Below, one piece after another: positions 13,704 to 27,341 of a stretch of 64,000 nt of DNA; the first letter of the stretch is position 1; each line of letters opens with the position of its first letter. The DNA comes from Cyanophora paradoxa CCMP329 (taxonomy: Eukaryota > Plantae > Glaucophyta). The position numbers and the translations under genes were made by a program. The notes under the pieces were generated by a model. It made no database searches, had not been told where the DNA came from, and saw only the letters and a list, made by a program, of their open reading frames with translations. The stretch spans positions 186,001 through 250,000 of the forward strand of contig QPMI01000599.1 in assembly GCA_004431415.1 (NCBI GenBank). Direction: 5' to 3'.

Positions 13704-14865
13704 ATGCCGAGGATGCGCTCAAAGTCGCCGCGGATCCTGCGTCAGGATGATCCGCTACGCGCCCTGCACGACGCCCTGGCCTCGCTGGATACACGCCTCG
13801 CCGGGCAGCGGCCTAGCACGGCGCGCCTCCACGAGCCCGCGGCGAGCTCCAGCAGCGCGCCCACTATGCGCTCCATCCAGCATCAGATCGTGGCGCTCAA
13901 GAACGCGTTCGGCGTCTTGAGCGACGTGGTGACGAACGAGCTTGTGAGCCTAGAAGATGAGAGAGAGCGGATGAAGAGGGTGCGCATGCGCCGTAGAGTC
14001 CGCTTCGTTCCGCGGGCGCGCGGTTCCTGAAGCTTAAGCCGGCACGCCGCAGAAGAGCGAGCGGCTGCAAGATGAGGTGGAGGGGCTGCGGCGGGAGCTC
14101 GAGTCCGTTCGGAGGACGTCGAACGCGAACGTACGCGGTGTGGTCCTTCCCGCCCCTGCGCCCGCAACCGACCGCGCGCCGCCCCGCAGGCGCAGCAGGC
14201 CGCGCAGTCGATCGAGGACCTCGAGGCGAGCGTCGCGAGGCTCCAACTCGCGTGCGCCGTCCCGCCACACCGCGACCCCGCAGAGCCCGAAGCGAGCCCG
14301 CGCAGCTCGCAGCGGGTGCGGGTCCAGGACGAGACGATCGCCGCCCTCGAGGCGCGGCTGAAGGCGCTCGAGAGCGGCCAGGCGGACGCCCTCCGCGTGC
14401 GTCCGCCCGCCCCGCGCCGTCGGAAAGGAAAGAGACGAAGGGGCCGGGCGCAGACGGCGGGAGACGCGCAGCGGATGGCGCGGGCGGCGGCGGAGCGCGT
14501 GGAGGCGGGCCGCGGGGACGCCGAGCGATCCGTCGTCGAGACGCGCGCCCTCGCCGCCAGCGTGCGCCCGCGCCGCTCGCTCGGCGCTCGGCCTCGCCCC
14601 GAAGTCGACGCGGGGGCAGGTGCGGGCGCTGGAGGAGGCGCAGGGGGCGGCGAAGGTGCAGGTCGCCGTGGCCCTCGCCGAGCACCGCTCCGACCTCCTC
14701 AAGGTCCGCACCTCAAATCCGAGCCCCCTCCGCTCGCCGCCGATCTGATCCCAACCGGCCGGCGCCGGCGCCGCGGTCGAGCAGGTGAGCCGGAACCTGC
14801 AGCACGTGAGCGAGGTCTTCGCCATCCGCCTCGGCGTGCCCCCCTCCTCCCTCGGCATCGCCTGA
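13704..14865 (+). CDS. Coiled-coil protein, multi-exon
   Basis: MPRMRSKSPRILRQDDPLRALHDALASLDTRL...IQHQIVALKNAFGVLSDVVTNELVSLEDERERMK; VQDETIAALEARLKALESGQ; ends VSRNLQHVSEVFAIRLGVPPSSLGIA* (TGA 14863-14865). Confidence 0.7.
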
Positions 14866-15464
14866 CGCCCCTCCCGAGCGCGCTCTGCATCGATTTGTTT
14901 CATAAATTTAAACACGCACACTTTACGGAGCGGGGGAGATTCAAATCACAGCATCTAGATCTGCATCCTGCATTATACCTACATAGAAGCCGAAATCGAA
15001 TGGATTGGGACGTCGACGCGAACCTCGACCGGCACCGGCAAAATCGATCTTGGCTACAGCCGCTGAGCTACAGATCTAACCGTCGAGCTGGCAAAGATAT
15101 ACATATATATATACTCGGATCCTACCCTGCATGCTACGCGTAAACATGTACAAATCGCCATCTGCACCCTTCATAGCCAAAGCTCTACAACAGGATCCGG
15201 ACTCCGGATCCGAGGCCCCGGGACCGGGCACGAATTCGAAAGCCCGAACTACACACTACTGAGATACTTCTAGATACTGAGAAAGCCCCGGGCCCGAACT
15301 ATGCAGAAGTACAGACCCTGAGATACTTCTAGAAAATGTATAGATGTACTCACACTGCGAAGCTCCAACCTGAATCGAAAAGAGCTAACACATAAGCGAT
15401 TCAAAAAACACATCCACGATGCCCATGGCCATGGCTGTATACGTAAAGCGGACGAAAACTAGAC

Positions 15465-17449
15465 CTATGGTACAATGTCCGATCTAAATAAACAGAGGGC
15501 GTTGGAGCCGCTCTGGCAAAATTGGAAGAGAATCCTTTGATCGAAAGCTGCGAAAAATGCGACAACATTAACGATGGACCAATGCTTCGAATTCGAAAGA
15601 AGAAAGTCTTCGAAAGAGGAAATGTCTGCGGGACCAGGCGGCGCGATGCAGATGCGCGGGGGCGGGCCGGGGGCCCTACGGGGCGAGCCGGAGGGCGAGG
15701 AGGCTGCGGATCTGCTCGAGGGGATCCGGGCCCGCGCTCGGGCGCTGGGAGCCGAGCTCGAGGGGCGGGAGGGGCGGGCAGTGGGCGGGGCCGCCCGCCC
15801 CCGCCGCGGGGAGGGGCGCGGCGGCGGCCGTGGGGGGGGCCCTCTCCGCGAGGAGCTGGCTGAGCCGCTGCTGCAGCGCCGCCCGCCGGAGGCCCATCGA
15901 GGCGCCCAAGGCCTCGCAGCTCGCCTCGTCCGCCTCGGGTACCCCGGCCGCGCAGGCCCCGCGCCCCGCGGCAGCGCTGCGGCGCGGCGGCGCGGCCCCG
16001 CGGGACGCGGCCGGCCCGCGGCGGGGGAGCGCTGCCGTGGCATCTCGTGGGCCGCCAAGGACCGGAAGAGGGCCTGGGGAGTCGCGCAGCCCAGGGGCAC
16101 GTCTGCCACTCGAGATCAGGGGGGGGGGAGTCCGGCTGGGAAAAGCGACGTACCCTCCCAATGCCGCATGTGGGGTACGCTGGCGCCCGAGCCTCGCGGA
16201 GACGCCGGGCTCGAATCTGAAGAGGTGCGGTTGGAGGGCCAGGGGGCCGGGCCCGTCGTGATCGCGTCCAGCAGGTTCAGGAGGAAGGCGAGGGGTACGT
16301 CGTCGCCGAGGCCGGCGTCGACGGCGAGCAGGCGGACCGCCACCCCGGCCTCGCACCCCGCGATGTGCTGCGCGTACTGCGGTGCGCGTTACGATCAGGG
16401 TCGCGGTTCGGCCGGATCAAATCTCGCGGGCGGGGATCGAATTAAGATTCACTGAGTCAGGTCGCGCGCACGTGGTTCGAGAGGCTCTCTATGGAGCGCT
16501 CGAAGCTCTCGCGGCTCATGGTCGCGCACTGCCCGGGACCGGCGTCCACGCGCCAGTTCGCCTGCGGGATCGAATTCGAATCAGTCGAATGTTGAGCGGC
16601 GGAGCGGCGGCGGGGCGCACTCGGCAGAGTGTGTTGGCCTCCTCGAGGCTCCACTCGGCGGCGGTGCACGTGGCGCGGGAGAGCGCGTGGTGGAAGCCCT
16701 GCGCGGACGGCGACGTCAGATTTTTCGGTGTCTTCACTTCGTTTCCGATTCGGGCCGTTCGCACCTGGTAGTGGGAGAAACTGATGCGACGCGAGGAAAT
16801 CGAGGATGCGGCGCGGGATCCCGCTCGCGAGGGCGCGCTCGCGGCCGAGACCGACGCGAAGGTCAAATTGCCGCGAGCGACGGCGCTCCACAGCTGTCAA
16901 GCGCATTCAGCGGGTGGAAAAAAGCCTTACACCCACAGCGAACGGGCAACGAACCAGGCGAATAACGACCGGGCGGCTGAGATGCTCGAGCTCAATGGGC
17001 TGCTCATCGACTGCAATTGCGATTGGTGCCGACAGCGCCGACAGTTGCGGCGAAGCCGGGCAGCTCGACGACGTAGACGAGCTTGACGATCGCTCTGATG
17101 CCGAATTGGAGGAGCCGTCGGACAGGCAAGGAGGACCCCCGTGGACGGAGTCCAACTCGCTGAGGTCGGCTGCGGAAGCTGACTTCCGAGCGAGGGCCGC
17201 GGGAGAGAGTTTGTACATGTTTCGGGCGCGCCGTTCGACCGGCAGCTCGCACGCAGCCCCAGGCAACGCGAAAATCAGTTTCGTTTCTGTAGAGCTGACG
17301 GTGGTCGCGTCGACATCGAGGCTCCCAGCCGGCGGCGGCGTCGCGGCTGCGGCCGCGGCCGGCGCGGCGGCTGCTGTGGCCGGCGCGGCGGCGGCGGCGG
17401 GTGCGAGAGTCGCCGTACGCAAGAGCTTCTTCAGGAAGTCTATCGCCAT
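15465..17449 (-). CDS. Uncharacterised protein, paralogue 1 of the gene at 44329-46478 (degenerate EF-hand-like core)
   Basis: Starts MAIDFLKKLL. Conserved exons RISFSHYQ / GFHHALSRATCTAAEWSLEEANTLCR / ANWRVDAGPGQCATMSRESFERSIESLSNH / YAQHIAGCEAGVAVRLLAVDAGLGDDVPLAFLLNL / ADVPLGCATPQALFRSLAAHEMPR. 3' end uncertain. Confidence 0.75.
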
Positions 17450-17940
17450 GGCGTTCTCCAAGGCAGCGTCGGACGGCGCTCTTCACTCGCTGATCGAACT
17501 CTTCGGTGACATGTACACGGCTAGCGCGATGCTGGCATCATGCTGCTGCTCCGCCGCGGCAGCTGCGCCGCCTGCGCGATATTGACGTACATTTTGATGA
17601 TCAGCTGTCGGCTACCGCTTAAGGCCCGCGGCGGCCGCGCCGCGGCCAGCATCAAGGATATCGATCAAACTGACGTCAACTGCGGCTTGCGAACGCTTGT
17701 ACCCCGGGTTCCGAACAGCCTGAGGCCTGTAGAGCCTCTGAATTCGTTTTCGAATTCTTCGTCTGTAGAAAAAACCTCTGTTCGTTTGCAGAGCCCGAAA
17801 AACCCTCAGTTAGTTTGTAGAGCCTCTGTCGAAACTTGGATTTCGAAAACCCGGATTCGAAGCTGAAGGAGAAGGAAGACCGTCCTTCACCTCATTATGA
17901 ATTCGAAACCGCAGCCTGGCAGCCCTAAATGCTTCGAGCT

Positions 17941-19570
17941 TCAGCCCGCGGGGGACTCCCCCCCGCTGCTGCCGCTGCCGCTGTTCCGCCTGCCCCGCAG
18001 CGTTGTGTCCAGCCTGAGGACGTTGACCTCGCCGGGATCGCCGCGCCGCACCGACCGGGGCGCCGCCGGTGGCCGCCCCGCCCTCAGCGACGCCCCGAGC
18101 GACGTCGGCGCGGCCGGGCCCTCCGAGGGCGGAGCGACGGGGGCGGGGGAGGCCTCGGGCGCGAGGGGATCGGCGGCGGACGGGGGCGGCGGGTGCGCCT
18201 CGGAGGGGGCCACGGAGGACTGGGAGGAGCGCATGCGGGCGCGCTCCTCGATGCGGGCCTCGTCCCTCCGCGCCTCGCTCAGCAGCCGCTGCAGCTCCTC
18301 CGGGGCCAGCTGCGCCGGCCGCGGCGTCTCGTAGAGCTCCTGCCGACCCGGGGTAAGGGGTGAGGGTGGGGCCGGGCGGGGGGTGCGGCGGACGCGTATG
18401 CGGTCGTGGATGGCGCGGAGGCGCTCCTTCCCTTCGCGCTCCTCGCGCTGCGGCCGGAGGAAGTCGTCCTTCCCCGACTCCGTCTTCACCGTCGCCGTCG
18501 TCCCTGCGCCCCCGCCCCCGCTCTCGGGCGGCCTCGCCGAGCTCCGAAGCGGCCGGAGAGGGCGCACCGGTGGAGGCCGTGGTGCGGGAGCTGCCGGCCG
18601 TCCTCGCTGTGCGCGCGGTCGCCCACCCCACCGACCCGCACTCGCTCAGCTCCGCCCACATCTCGTCCGGCACGATCGCCTTCGGCCCGAGCCGGTGAGC
18701 GAGTGTACCCCCGGCCCGCGAGGGGGGTACGGGGGTGCGCCACCTGCAGCCTCGCGTCGATCTCGTCCATGCGGCTCGCGTCCTCCTCCGTGGGAACGAA
18801 GCCGTCCCCGGGCCCGCCCGGCCCCGCCTCGTCCTGCGGCGCGGTACCCCGTGAGCCGGACCCGTCATCCCCTTCAGGAAGGGTACGCGGATCGCACCCT
18901 GTTCAGGATCTCGTCTACCCGGGCCTGGGCCTCCGGGTCCAGAATGAAGAACTTGGCCAGGGGGCCCAGCTCCGCGTTCCTGCCGGGTGTACCCCGCTCG
19001 GCCCGGGCCGCGGGGCCGGGAGCGGGGCGAGCGAGGCGTGCGCTCGCCTCTGGCCGAAGTCCGTCCCGTTCGAGCGGCCCGACGCCCACCTGGGCCACGC
19101 GCGCGCGCCTCAGAGGGGGCGGCGGTGGGAGGCGGCGGGGAGGGCACGTCGCGGCGCTGCCGGCGTGGCTGGGGGCGACGCTGGAGGCCGACGAGCGCAG
19201 CGCGTTGCGGATCGCCCGGTGCGAGGAGCGCGGCGGCGGGCCTGCCGCCGCTCGCTCGCCCGGGGGGGAGGGGGCCCGGCGGGGGGCGCACCCTCCGTGA
19301 GGAACGTTCGCCCGCCCGTGGACGACGAAGGGAGCGAGTCCGACATGGACGACCGCGCGCTGGCGGGAGGCGGCCCCTGCGCCTCCGCCTGGGCCTGGGC
19401 CTGGGCCTGGGCCTGGGCCTGGGCAGTGGCGGCTGCTGCGGCGGCTGCTGCGGCGGCGGCGGCGGAGAGCTGGCGGGCCTCCCGCGCGCGCCTCGTCACT
19501 GCCGCCAGCTGCGCGGGGCGCGCGAGGGCGCCTCAGCGAGGCGGGGGCCGGGGAAGGAAAGCAGGGGTCG

Positions 19571-19605
<35 letters not shown>

Positions 19606-21056
19606 TGGGCGTCGAGCTCCCGCATCCGCGCCATCTCCTTCTGGAACCTCGCCTCCTCTTCGGGCTGCCCGGGGCCCCTCAGGGGAGCACGGGGGGAGGG
19701 CGCGAGAGGCGCTCCTCGCACCTTCCGCGCCCCCTCCTCCTCCCCCTCCTCGGGCTTCGGCGGCAGCCGGTCCCGCTGCGCTCCGGGCGTCGGTACCCCC
19801 GCCCCTTGGGAAACGCGGTACCCCCACCTCCAAGAAGAGCCTCCGGGCCTCGCCGAAGCCTCCCTCGAGGGCCTCCGCCTCGGCGGCCTCCGCTTCCGTC
19901 ATCTTCGCGCGGGGTAAGGAGCGGGCGAGGTTTCTTTATGGGGGGGTTGGGGGGTTGGGGGGGTTGGGGGGGGGGGGGGGGGTAACGCCGCGCGCCATTC
20001 CGTCCACGACCGATTCGAACTCGCCGAAGTCGACGAGCGGCTGGCCCTCGTCGTCCACGCGCCTGCAGCGCGGCGGGGATGAGAGAACGGGCGCCAGCCG
20101 GACTCGAGCCGGGGCAGCGCACTTCCTGACGTTCTCGACGAAGGCTCCGAGGTAGTCCCGGATGGACGCCTGCGCCGAGGGCTCAGAAGCCCGCTGCGGA
20201 TCCCTCCGGATTCGAACCCGGGCCCGCTCGCCTGGCTCATGGCGACTTCCATCATCCGCCGCTCGAAAGCCTCCGCCTCGTCCCGCGCGCTCTCGAGCTC
20301 CAAGTCGCCCTGCCTCGCGTCTAAAAAAATGGGGCGGAGGGGGAGGGGGGTGATTCCAGGGGTGTGACCTCGTCGAGGCCGGCGGCGTCCGCCCCGCGCT
20401 CCGGCGGGGCGATGGGGGGTACAGCCGGCGGCTCCCCCCGCTCCGCCCGCTCCGCCTGCTCCAGGTCCCTCGCTATCTCCTCCTCCAGCGCACGCATCCG
20501 GCTCCTGCGCCGGCGCCGGGGATGGGATCCCGTCCGCGCGGCCGACGGGACCCCACCCGGCGCACCGCTTGACGAAGTCAGGTACCATGCGCCTCTCCTC
20601 CTCGTCCTCTTCGTCTTCCGGCTCCGGCGGACGCTCTTCGTCCTCGTACCCGTCGCGCTCGAGCTCTTCCGCCCACGCGGGCGCCGCGGGCGGCGGTTGC
20701 GGGCCGTCCGCCGACGCCGGAGGCGCCGCGGCTTCCGGCATGGGCGGAACGGGCAGCTCGGGATCGTCCGGCGAGGCCGCGCGCTGCGGGTCGCTTCCGT
20801 CGTCGTTCTGCGCGGCGATCGGTCGACTGGCTTTGTGAGTGGGGCTGCGCTCGGCCGCCCGCACCGCCGCAGACGAGAAGGACGTGCTCGTCAGGAACGT
20901 GCGACGGGGACGGAAGGGATCTGCAAGCAAGCGGCCTGAGCTGCTGCGGGGACGGCCGCTGCTGCGGGAGGTACCGGCGGATGAGAGCTTTTCCTGCGGC
21001 GGCGGGGCGGAGGATGCGGGGGACAGGCGAGCGGCGCCGGGCCGCTCGGAGCTCAT
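17941..21056 (-). CDS. FSIP1-like (fibrous sheath-interacting protein 1 family) coiled-coil protein, probably flagellar
   Basis: Blocks in FSIP1-like order: FQKEMARMRELDAQLAAVTRRAREARQ, TFLT, RNAELG...EAQARVDEILN, GDGFVPTEEDASRMDEIDARLQ, KDDFLRPQREEREGKERLRAIHDRIR, LAPEELQRLLSEAR. Stop at 17941. Family call is from recalled motifs, not a search. Confidence 0.6.
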
Positions 21057-21567
21057 TGGCGCGGCGCTCTGCTTCACGGGCACCTGCAGCTAGCGTGAGC
21101 GAGCGCCAGGGACCGGCGGGCGGCGTGGGCGATGGGCGCCCACCGTGCGGACAACCACAGGACGCGCGGCCCCTGCAGAGCTGGAGCGTGCTGCGCCCAC
21201 CTTATCCGACTTAGTCGATGTGGAGGACGACGGCCTCGCGCTCGGCGTTTGCCTGCGAGCGCTGGTTTGAGCCGGCGCATACGCGAGGCCGCGGCGCCTC
21301 AGCAGCGGCAGTCTAACGCATCAAAGCGCTGGGGCGTTCTGGCGCACCAGCTGGGCTCCGGTGGCAGGACCTCCAGCGAGGAGGACGTCGCCAGCTCGGA
21401 TGACCCCGAGCCGGGGCGGGAGCGGACCCGCCGTAGCGAGCCTCCCGGGGCTGACATCGTTGCGACGTCCGAGGGAGCACGGGGCCTTGCCGCCAAGTTT
21501 CCGGTTGTTGAGCGTTCCTTGTACCCCCGTACGAGTTCGCCCCTGCTGCGCGCTGGTCACTTTGCCG

Positions 21568-24025
21568 ATGTACTACCCTACGCTCGATCCGGACGATGCG
21601 AGAACCAAGGCGGAGCTCCCGACGCACTGGAACTGCGCGAATTGCAGCCAGTTCCTCGAAGGTCTCCTGAGAGCGCCTCTGCGCGGCGACGACCCCGCCT
21701 GACGCTTGGCGGACTGCAGTAAGCAAGGACAAGCGCACGGTGAAGTACACGGGCAAAGGCAACCACGCGAACGGTGACTGCCCAGGCCTCCCACTTCGCT
21801 GCCTTGCCTGGCCGCCGCACAGGGACCTCCTTCTCGCTGCTGACGCACATTCCTTCTCTTTGTTCGGGCTTTCGCGCGCAGATGTCGGCGCGGTAAGCGC
21901 TGCCCCGGGAATTTATCCGCCAGCGGCTCATACGTACACTATGCTTGCAGATCCAGGCAAACAAGCCAGTTCCATCCCGCATGCTACTATACTACTATGA
22001 GATCACTGTCTTGGACGCGGGCACCCGCGGAGCGATCGCAGTCGGCCTGTCGGACCGGTCTTTCCAGGTCACCCGGCAGCCTGGTACGGGCGCCTCGCGC
22101 CGTCCGCGCCATGCGCCGCGCGGAGTCTGAAGTGCCCATGCTACAGGTTGGGAGCCCTACAGCTTCGGTGCCCGCGCCCTCCCCATCCCACGCTCGCTGT
22201 CTGCGCTTATGCGTACGCGGTTAGGGTACCACGGAGACGACGGGAAGAAGTTCCACACCTCAGGTCGCGGAGAGGCGTTCGGGTACGGCGTTTGTTCAAC
22301 GCCTTTGGGATGCCGCCCTGCTCTGAGTGCGGGCGGCCCCGCAGGCCGGTTTTCACGACGGGGGACACAGTGGGCTGCGGTCTGAACTTTGCGTCGCAGG
22401 AGGTCTTCTATGTGAGCCGGGTCTCTCTCTTTGAGGGCGACCAGATTCGCGCCGCCCTCATGCGCGCCCACAGACGAAGAACGGGAAGATGGTGGGTATC
22501 GCCTTCAGGGGCGTCACGGGCGAGCTCTTCCCCACGGTGCGCCTCCTGTACCCCCCACCCCCGAACCGACGTTCTTGTGTGCTCCTTACGCGGAAGAAGG
22601 TCGGGCTCCACTCTCCCGGAGAATCGCTGTCCGTGAACTTCGGGCAGCTCCCCTTCAAATTCGATCTGTGCGCAAATCTCGAGGCCGATCGAGCGGCAGC
22701 TCTTCAGAGGCCGGCGCGCCGATGCGCCGGAGCGCAGGGATGCAATGGCGTCCGACATACGCGAGCGGAGGCAGCGCGCGGTCGAGGAGGCGAGCGAGCG
22801 CCTCCGCCGCCCCCGCCTCTGCCGCCCCCCTCCCCGCCCGCCCGCGGCTGACGTCGGCGCAGGTTCCCCTCCCCGTACCCGTGCCCAACGCGCTCGTTCG
22901 GGCCTATCTCCGGCACTACGGGTACGCCGAAACGCTGGCTGCGTTCGAGGCGGCGACGAGCTCCGAGGGGTGCGCCCTGCCGCCCCCTCGACCCGGGGCA
23001 CCGGCCTTGGATCGCCCACGCCGCGGCACCGCAGGCAGAGCTCCGCGCCGGAAGACCGCCTGCACGACAGGCGCCGCCTGCGGGGCCTGCTCATGGAGGG
23101 GTACGCCGTCCTCAGGGGTACGGAGGGGCACGCTGAGGCCGCGCAGGGACGTGGACGGGGCGATACGGGAGCTGGAAGCTCTGTTCCCCGGGCTCCTTAG
23201 GGGCAGGCGAGACGTGCAGAGGGTGCTGGAATGCCAGAGGGTTATCGAGGCGGTCCGGAGAGGGGACACGCAGGTACCGACGGGGGCGAGCCGGGGTTGC
23301 GGTGGGCGGCCCCAGCTGACCGCGCGGCTGCGCAGACGGCGCTGCAGCTGGCGACGGGCCCGCTGGCGGCTCTGCGGGAGCCGCCGCTGGACCAGCAGGA
23401 GGCGGCGATGCAGGGGGACGGCGTGGCGCGCGAGGAGGGCAACGGCGAGGCGGACGGCTCGCCGGCGGGGCTCCCGGCGCCCCCGCCGCGGCCGTGGGGC
23501 GGGCACTCGGAGGACGGCTCCGGGGAGGGCGACGGCGACGGGTCGGCCAGCGGCAGCAGCGACGACGAGGACGGGTTCGAGTACGGCCGGGGGCCCCGCG
23601 GCCGGGGCCGCCGGAACGGGCGGGTGCCCCCCGCGCGGCGGGCCGTCTCGGAGGACGAGGAGGCGGCGGCGGCGGCGGCGGCGGAGGCGGAGGCGAGGGC
23701 GCGGGAGGAGGAGGAGGCGGCGATGTGGGGCGTCGAGGCGGCGGTGGGCCTCCTGGCGTACGAGGAGCCCGAGCGGAGCCCGCTGCGGCACCTCCTCGGG
23801 CCCCAGCGCCGCGAGGCCGTCGCCGACGCCGTCAACTCGGCCCTCCTCGCCTTTCTCGGCCTCCCGGTACCCCCTGTTCACAAGGCAACCGATCCGCCGC
23901 CCCTGAGCCTCGCCCCGCAGGGGGAATCGCCGCTGGAGCGGGACCTGGTGCAGCTGACGGCGGTGCAGGCGGAGTTGCGGGAGGCGAACGGCGGGCGCGG
24001 CGAGGTCTTTGCGGTCAGCAGCTGA
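21568..24025 (+). CDS. RANBP9: RanBPM/RanBP9-10 (GID1) CTLH E3 ligase subunit: SPRY, LisH, CTLH, CRA
   Basis: LPTHWN, VKYTGKGNH, IQANKPVP..YYYEITV, YHGDDGKKF, FTTGDTVGCGLNF, TKNG, VGLHSPGESLSVNFGQLPFKFD (SPRY). LVRAYLRHYGYAETLAAF (LisH). GLLAYEEPERSPLRHLLGPQRREAVADAVNSALL (CRA). Start may lie further upstream. Confidence 0.9.
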
Positions 24026-24392
24026 GGGCCGCCGTCCTGGGCCCGCCGGCCCTCTCCTTGTTCCGCCGGCCCTCTTCTTGTTCTGTGTACATAGCTCGCG
24101 CCTAGCGTAGGGGCAGCGCTCAAGAATTTCACCCAACCTCGCCTGGAGCTGCAAGCTCGAGCTCGTCGGCGCGGCAAGGCTAAACTGGCTCACTCGAGCC
24201 AAACTAGTGAATCGTCATAATTCGATCCGTCACGACTCTGCACGCTCTGTCGGCGTCGTGGATCCGCTAGCTTGAAGCCGCGGCCCAATCCGTGATGCCC
24301 TCGGAGCTGACGGTGCTCGCTGGTCGCGGGGAGGCGGGTGGCGGGAAGGAAGCGGAATGCAGGTTATATTCACAGCGCGTGACAAATCGGGG

Positions 24393-24935
24393 CTAAGATT
24401 TCTCCTCCTCCTCGTCCTTTTTAGGTGGCAATCCGCATGGCTGGAACATTCGCTGCGCAGGAGGGCGGGGGAATCAGCCGAGGCGGATGTCATGGTGTCG
24501 CAAGCTAGACGGCTCGAAAGCTAGCGCCCGTAGTCCACGAGCGAGCCGCGGCCAAGAAGCGTGCTCCGAGGGCTGGGGAGGCGCACTTGCATGAACTGGC
24601 TGCGGATGCGGCCGTTCGATTCGTTTTCTGCGATAGCTGTGTACGCGAGCACGCCGTAGTGCCCGATGTGCGAAGCGATAGTGTCGCGGTGCATGTTTAC
24701 CGCCCACTCACTGCGAGGAGATCGGAAGTGAGCCGGGGGCCACTCTGCGAGAGCTGCGAGCTGAGAATCATGCGGAGGCCGGCGAGGCGCACAATTTGGT
24801 CGTGTCAGGATGGCCCGTGCCGACATGCTTCGCCTGCAAGTTCTCGAGCTGTGCGTTGACGTTGAACCGCTCCCAAGCCGTCTGCGGCCCGCGTTATTCG
24901 CTTGCGAGGGGCGCGGAAGCCGGGCATAGCACCAT
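24393..24935 (-). CDS. SF3B5: Splicing factor 3B subunit 5 (SF3b10)
   Basis: Spliced product M|TAWERFNVNAQLENLQAKHVGTGHPDTTKF|EWAVNMHRDTIASHIGHYGVLAYTAIAENESNGRIRSQFMQ|RMFQPCGLPPKKDEEEEKS*, 3 GT-AG introns. Confidence 0.95.
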
Positions 24936-25075
24936 CTTGACGGGGGGACTGACACGAGCCGGGTACGGACAATTCGGATGAACAACCGCTCGCTTCACAC
25001 ACACGCCCGCGCCAGCGTTTCCCGTTTCATTTTTTCGTCTAGCGCAAGATATTGCATCCCTAGCGCGCAGCTGTG

Positions 25076-27341
25076 ATGCAGGCGCCGCAGCTCAGTTTGA
25101 TGGAGGACGACACGGAGACGACGCAGAGTGATGCAGGCGCCGCAGTCGGCGACGGCGAACACGCCGCCGAGCTTCCCGACGATCTGTGGAGCATTGCGCT
25201 CGCTGTGCTTCCCGGTGTGCAGTTTGTTAGCTAGTGTTCTGTTTGCGTATGTCGCCTGCTAGGCCCCGCGCGCTCGTCACCAGTTCACAACACACTCGCC
25301 GTAACGTTTATCGCGCGCTCCGCAGTGCGCTGGAAGTTGAGAGCTGGGCGAGTCAGCAAAAGGTACCGGTTCCCGGCATGGGAGCCGGCTCCGGCCTCTG
25401 CCCCAGCCGCTGGCAGCCGGGCCCGCCGATCTGACGCCCCAGCAGCTGGCGGCGTATGTGCACGCATTCAGATTTCTTTCGCAAGGTTTCCCTCCGCGTG
25501 CTGGCTGATGTTTCGGATCCGGAAATGCTCGACGCCCATCCCGCCGACGACGATGGCGCGCTCACAGTCCGCTTGAGCGTGCGCCGGGCCGCTGCGCCTT
25601 GCTCGCGCCTTCCTCGCTGATCGCGATCGCTGCAGGAGCTCTCCGCGTGCCTCAAATCAGCGGTCATGGCGCACGTCCGAAGCCTGCGACTAAACATCCT
25701 CGTGCCCTCGGTGATCTATGCCGGGCCTCGCCCGCGGCTCTCCGCCCGCGCCGCCAACGCCGCGCACCCGCAGCCGCCGGAGGTCACGGTCGCCCTGAAG
25801 CAGATCCTCGCCGCGCTGGGGCCACGCCTCGAGGAGCTGGAGTACCCCGCTGGCGGTGAGGAGCCACATCGAAGCGCTGGGGCTCGATTCTGGCTGAACG
25901 CGCGGGGATCAGATTTCCTGCCCGACGAGTGGGACCCGATCACGACGGCCTCCATGGAAGCGCTCCACACGATCGGCGGCCAGTGCCCGTCGCTCCGCCG
26001 CCTCCGCACTCGCGTCGTCCACGCCTCCGAGTTCGGCGCCCTGCGCGGTACCCCCTGCGGTCGCTCCATCCGCGATCTGCACGTCACCTTCCCCGGTGCG
26101 GCGTACCCCCCGCGAACTCTGGCCCGGCCGCCGACCCCTCCTCTCCCGCAGAGAAGCTGGTCTTTGGTCCCCGCGGTCCGCTCCCGTCCCGCACCTGTCA
26201 GCCTAGTATCTGATTGCCGTGCCCTGCAGACTCGCGCCTCGTGCTGCTGGAAGCAGCCACGTCCTCCTGCCCCGCCCTGGTCCGCCTCACCAACGCCGGG
26301 GTACGCCATTTCGGAGACGCGCTGCCCTGCCCTCTCCCCAACCGCGGCGCCGCAGTACGGGGGACCTGAGGAGCAGTACCTCCGGGTCGATTCCGCAGCG
26401 GAGCTTTACATCCTGGCCGCCACGCTGCCCGGCTCCGACCGCCGCCTCCTCGCCCCCCGCATCGAGGTGCCATGTACCCCCCAAAAGTGCAGTCCGAGCG
26501 AGACGGTGCCCCGCAGGTCGCCGCGCCGAAGGAGCTGGACCCCTCCTGGTGCAGCGCTCTTGCCGCGTGCCTCGCCTCCGGTGCCCCCAAGCACCGAGCC
26601 GTGCGGGTACGGGTGCTTCCCCTTCTCACGGCGGCGGGCGCGCAGGGGCGGGTCGGGAGGAGGTGGCGGTCGACTGCCGCGCCTTCGGGAGCCTGGGCTG
26701 GGCGGCCGACAGGGCGCTTCTCGGGGCGCTCGGCGCCGCGCGACCCGCCTCTCTCGTCATCCGCCTCGGCTCCCACGTGCGCGCCGAAGTTAAACTCTGC
26801 GCCCGCGCGGCTGCTGCGTCCGCGCCCGACTGCCGGGACGCAGGTGCGGGACGGGTCGGCTCTGCCCGCGGCGCTCCTGGCGTGCGGCCCGGGCCTCCTC
26901 CGCCTCACCGTCCAGGGCCGGCGCTCCCCGCCCCGCCAGGCCCGCGGCCCCGCCGACGGCGCCATCGACGCTGCGGCCCGCGCACCCCCTACCGCGCGCC
27001 GCGTACCGCCCTGAACTGCCGGGGGGCAGGTGATCGAGGCGGCGTCGGACGCGGCGGTGACGCCGCTGCTGCGGTCGGTGCGGCTGGACGGCCCGCCCCG
27101 CTCCTCGACGGCGTGGGCGCCGCTCCTGAGGGCCGCCGTCGGCGCCGTCCGCGCCCGCCCCGCGCTCGCCGTCCACATCGGGGGCCAGCGCGTGCTGGAG
27201 AGCACCCCCGTGGAGGGGGCCGGGCGCGAGGGCGAGGAGCCCGGGGGCGAGCGCCCCCTCCGGCCCTGGCTCCTCTCCGCCTCCGCCGCCCGCGGGCCCC
27301 ACGCCGGCCGCGCCAGCTCGCCCCCCGCCCCGGAGCCCTGA
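25076..27341 (+). CDS. F-box protein with LRR-like C-terminal region
   Basis: First exon ends ...AAELPDDLWSIALAVLP (F-box start). LRR-like segments LGPRLEELEY, QCPSLRRLRTR, RSIRDLHVTF, SCPALVRL, CGPGLLRLTV, LLRSVRLD. TGA 27339-27341. Confidence 0.65.
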
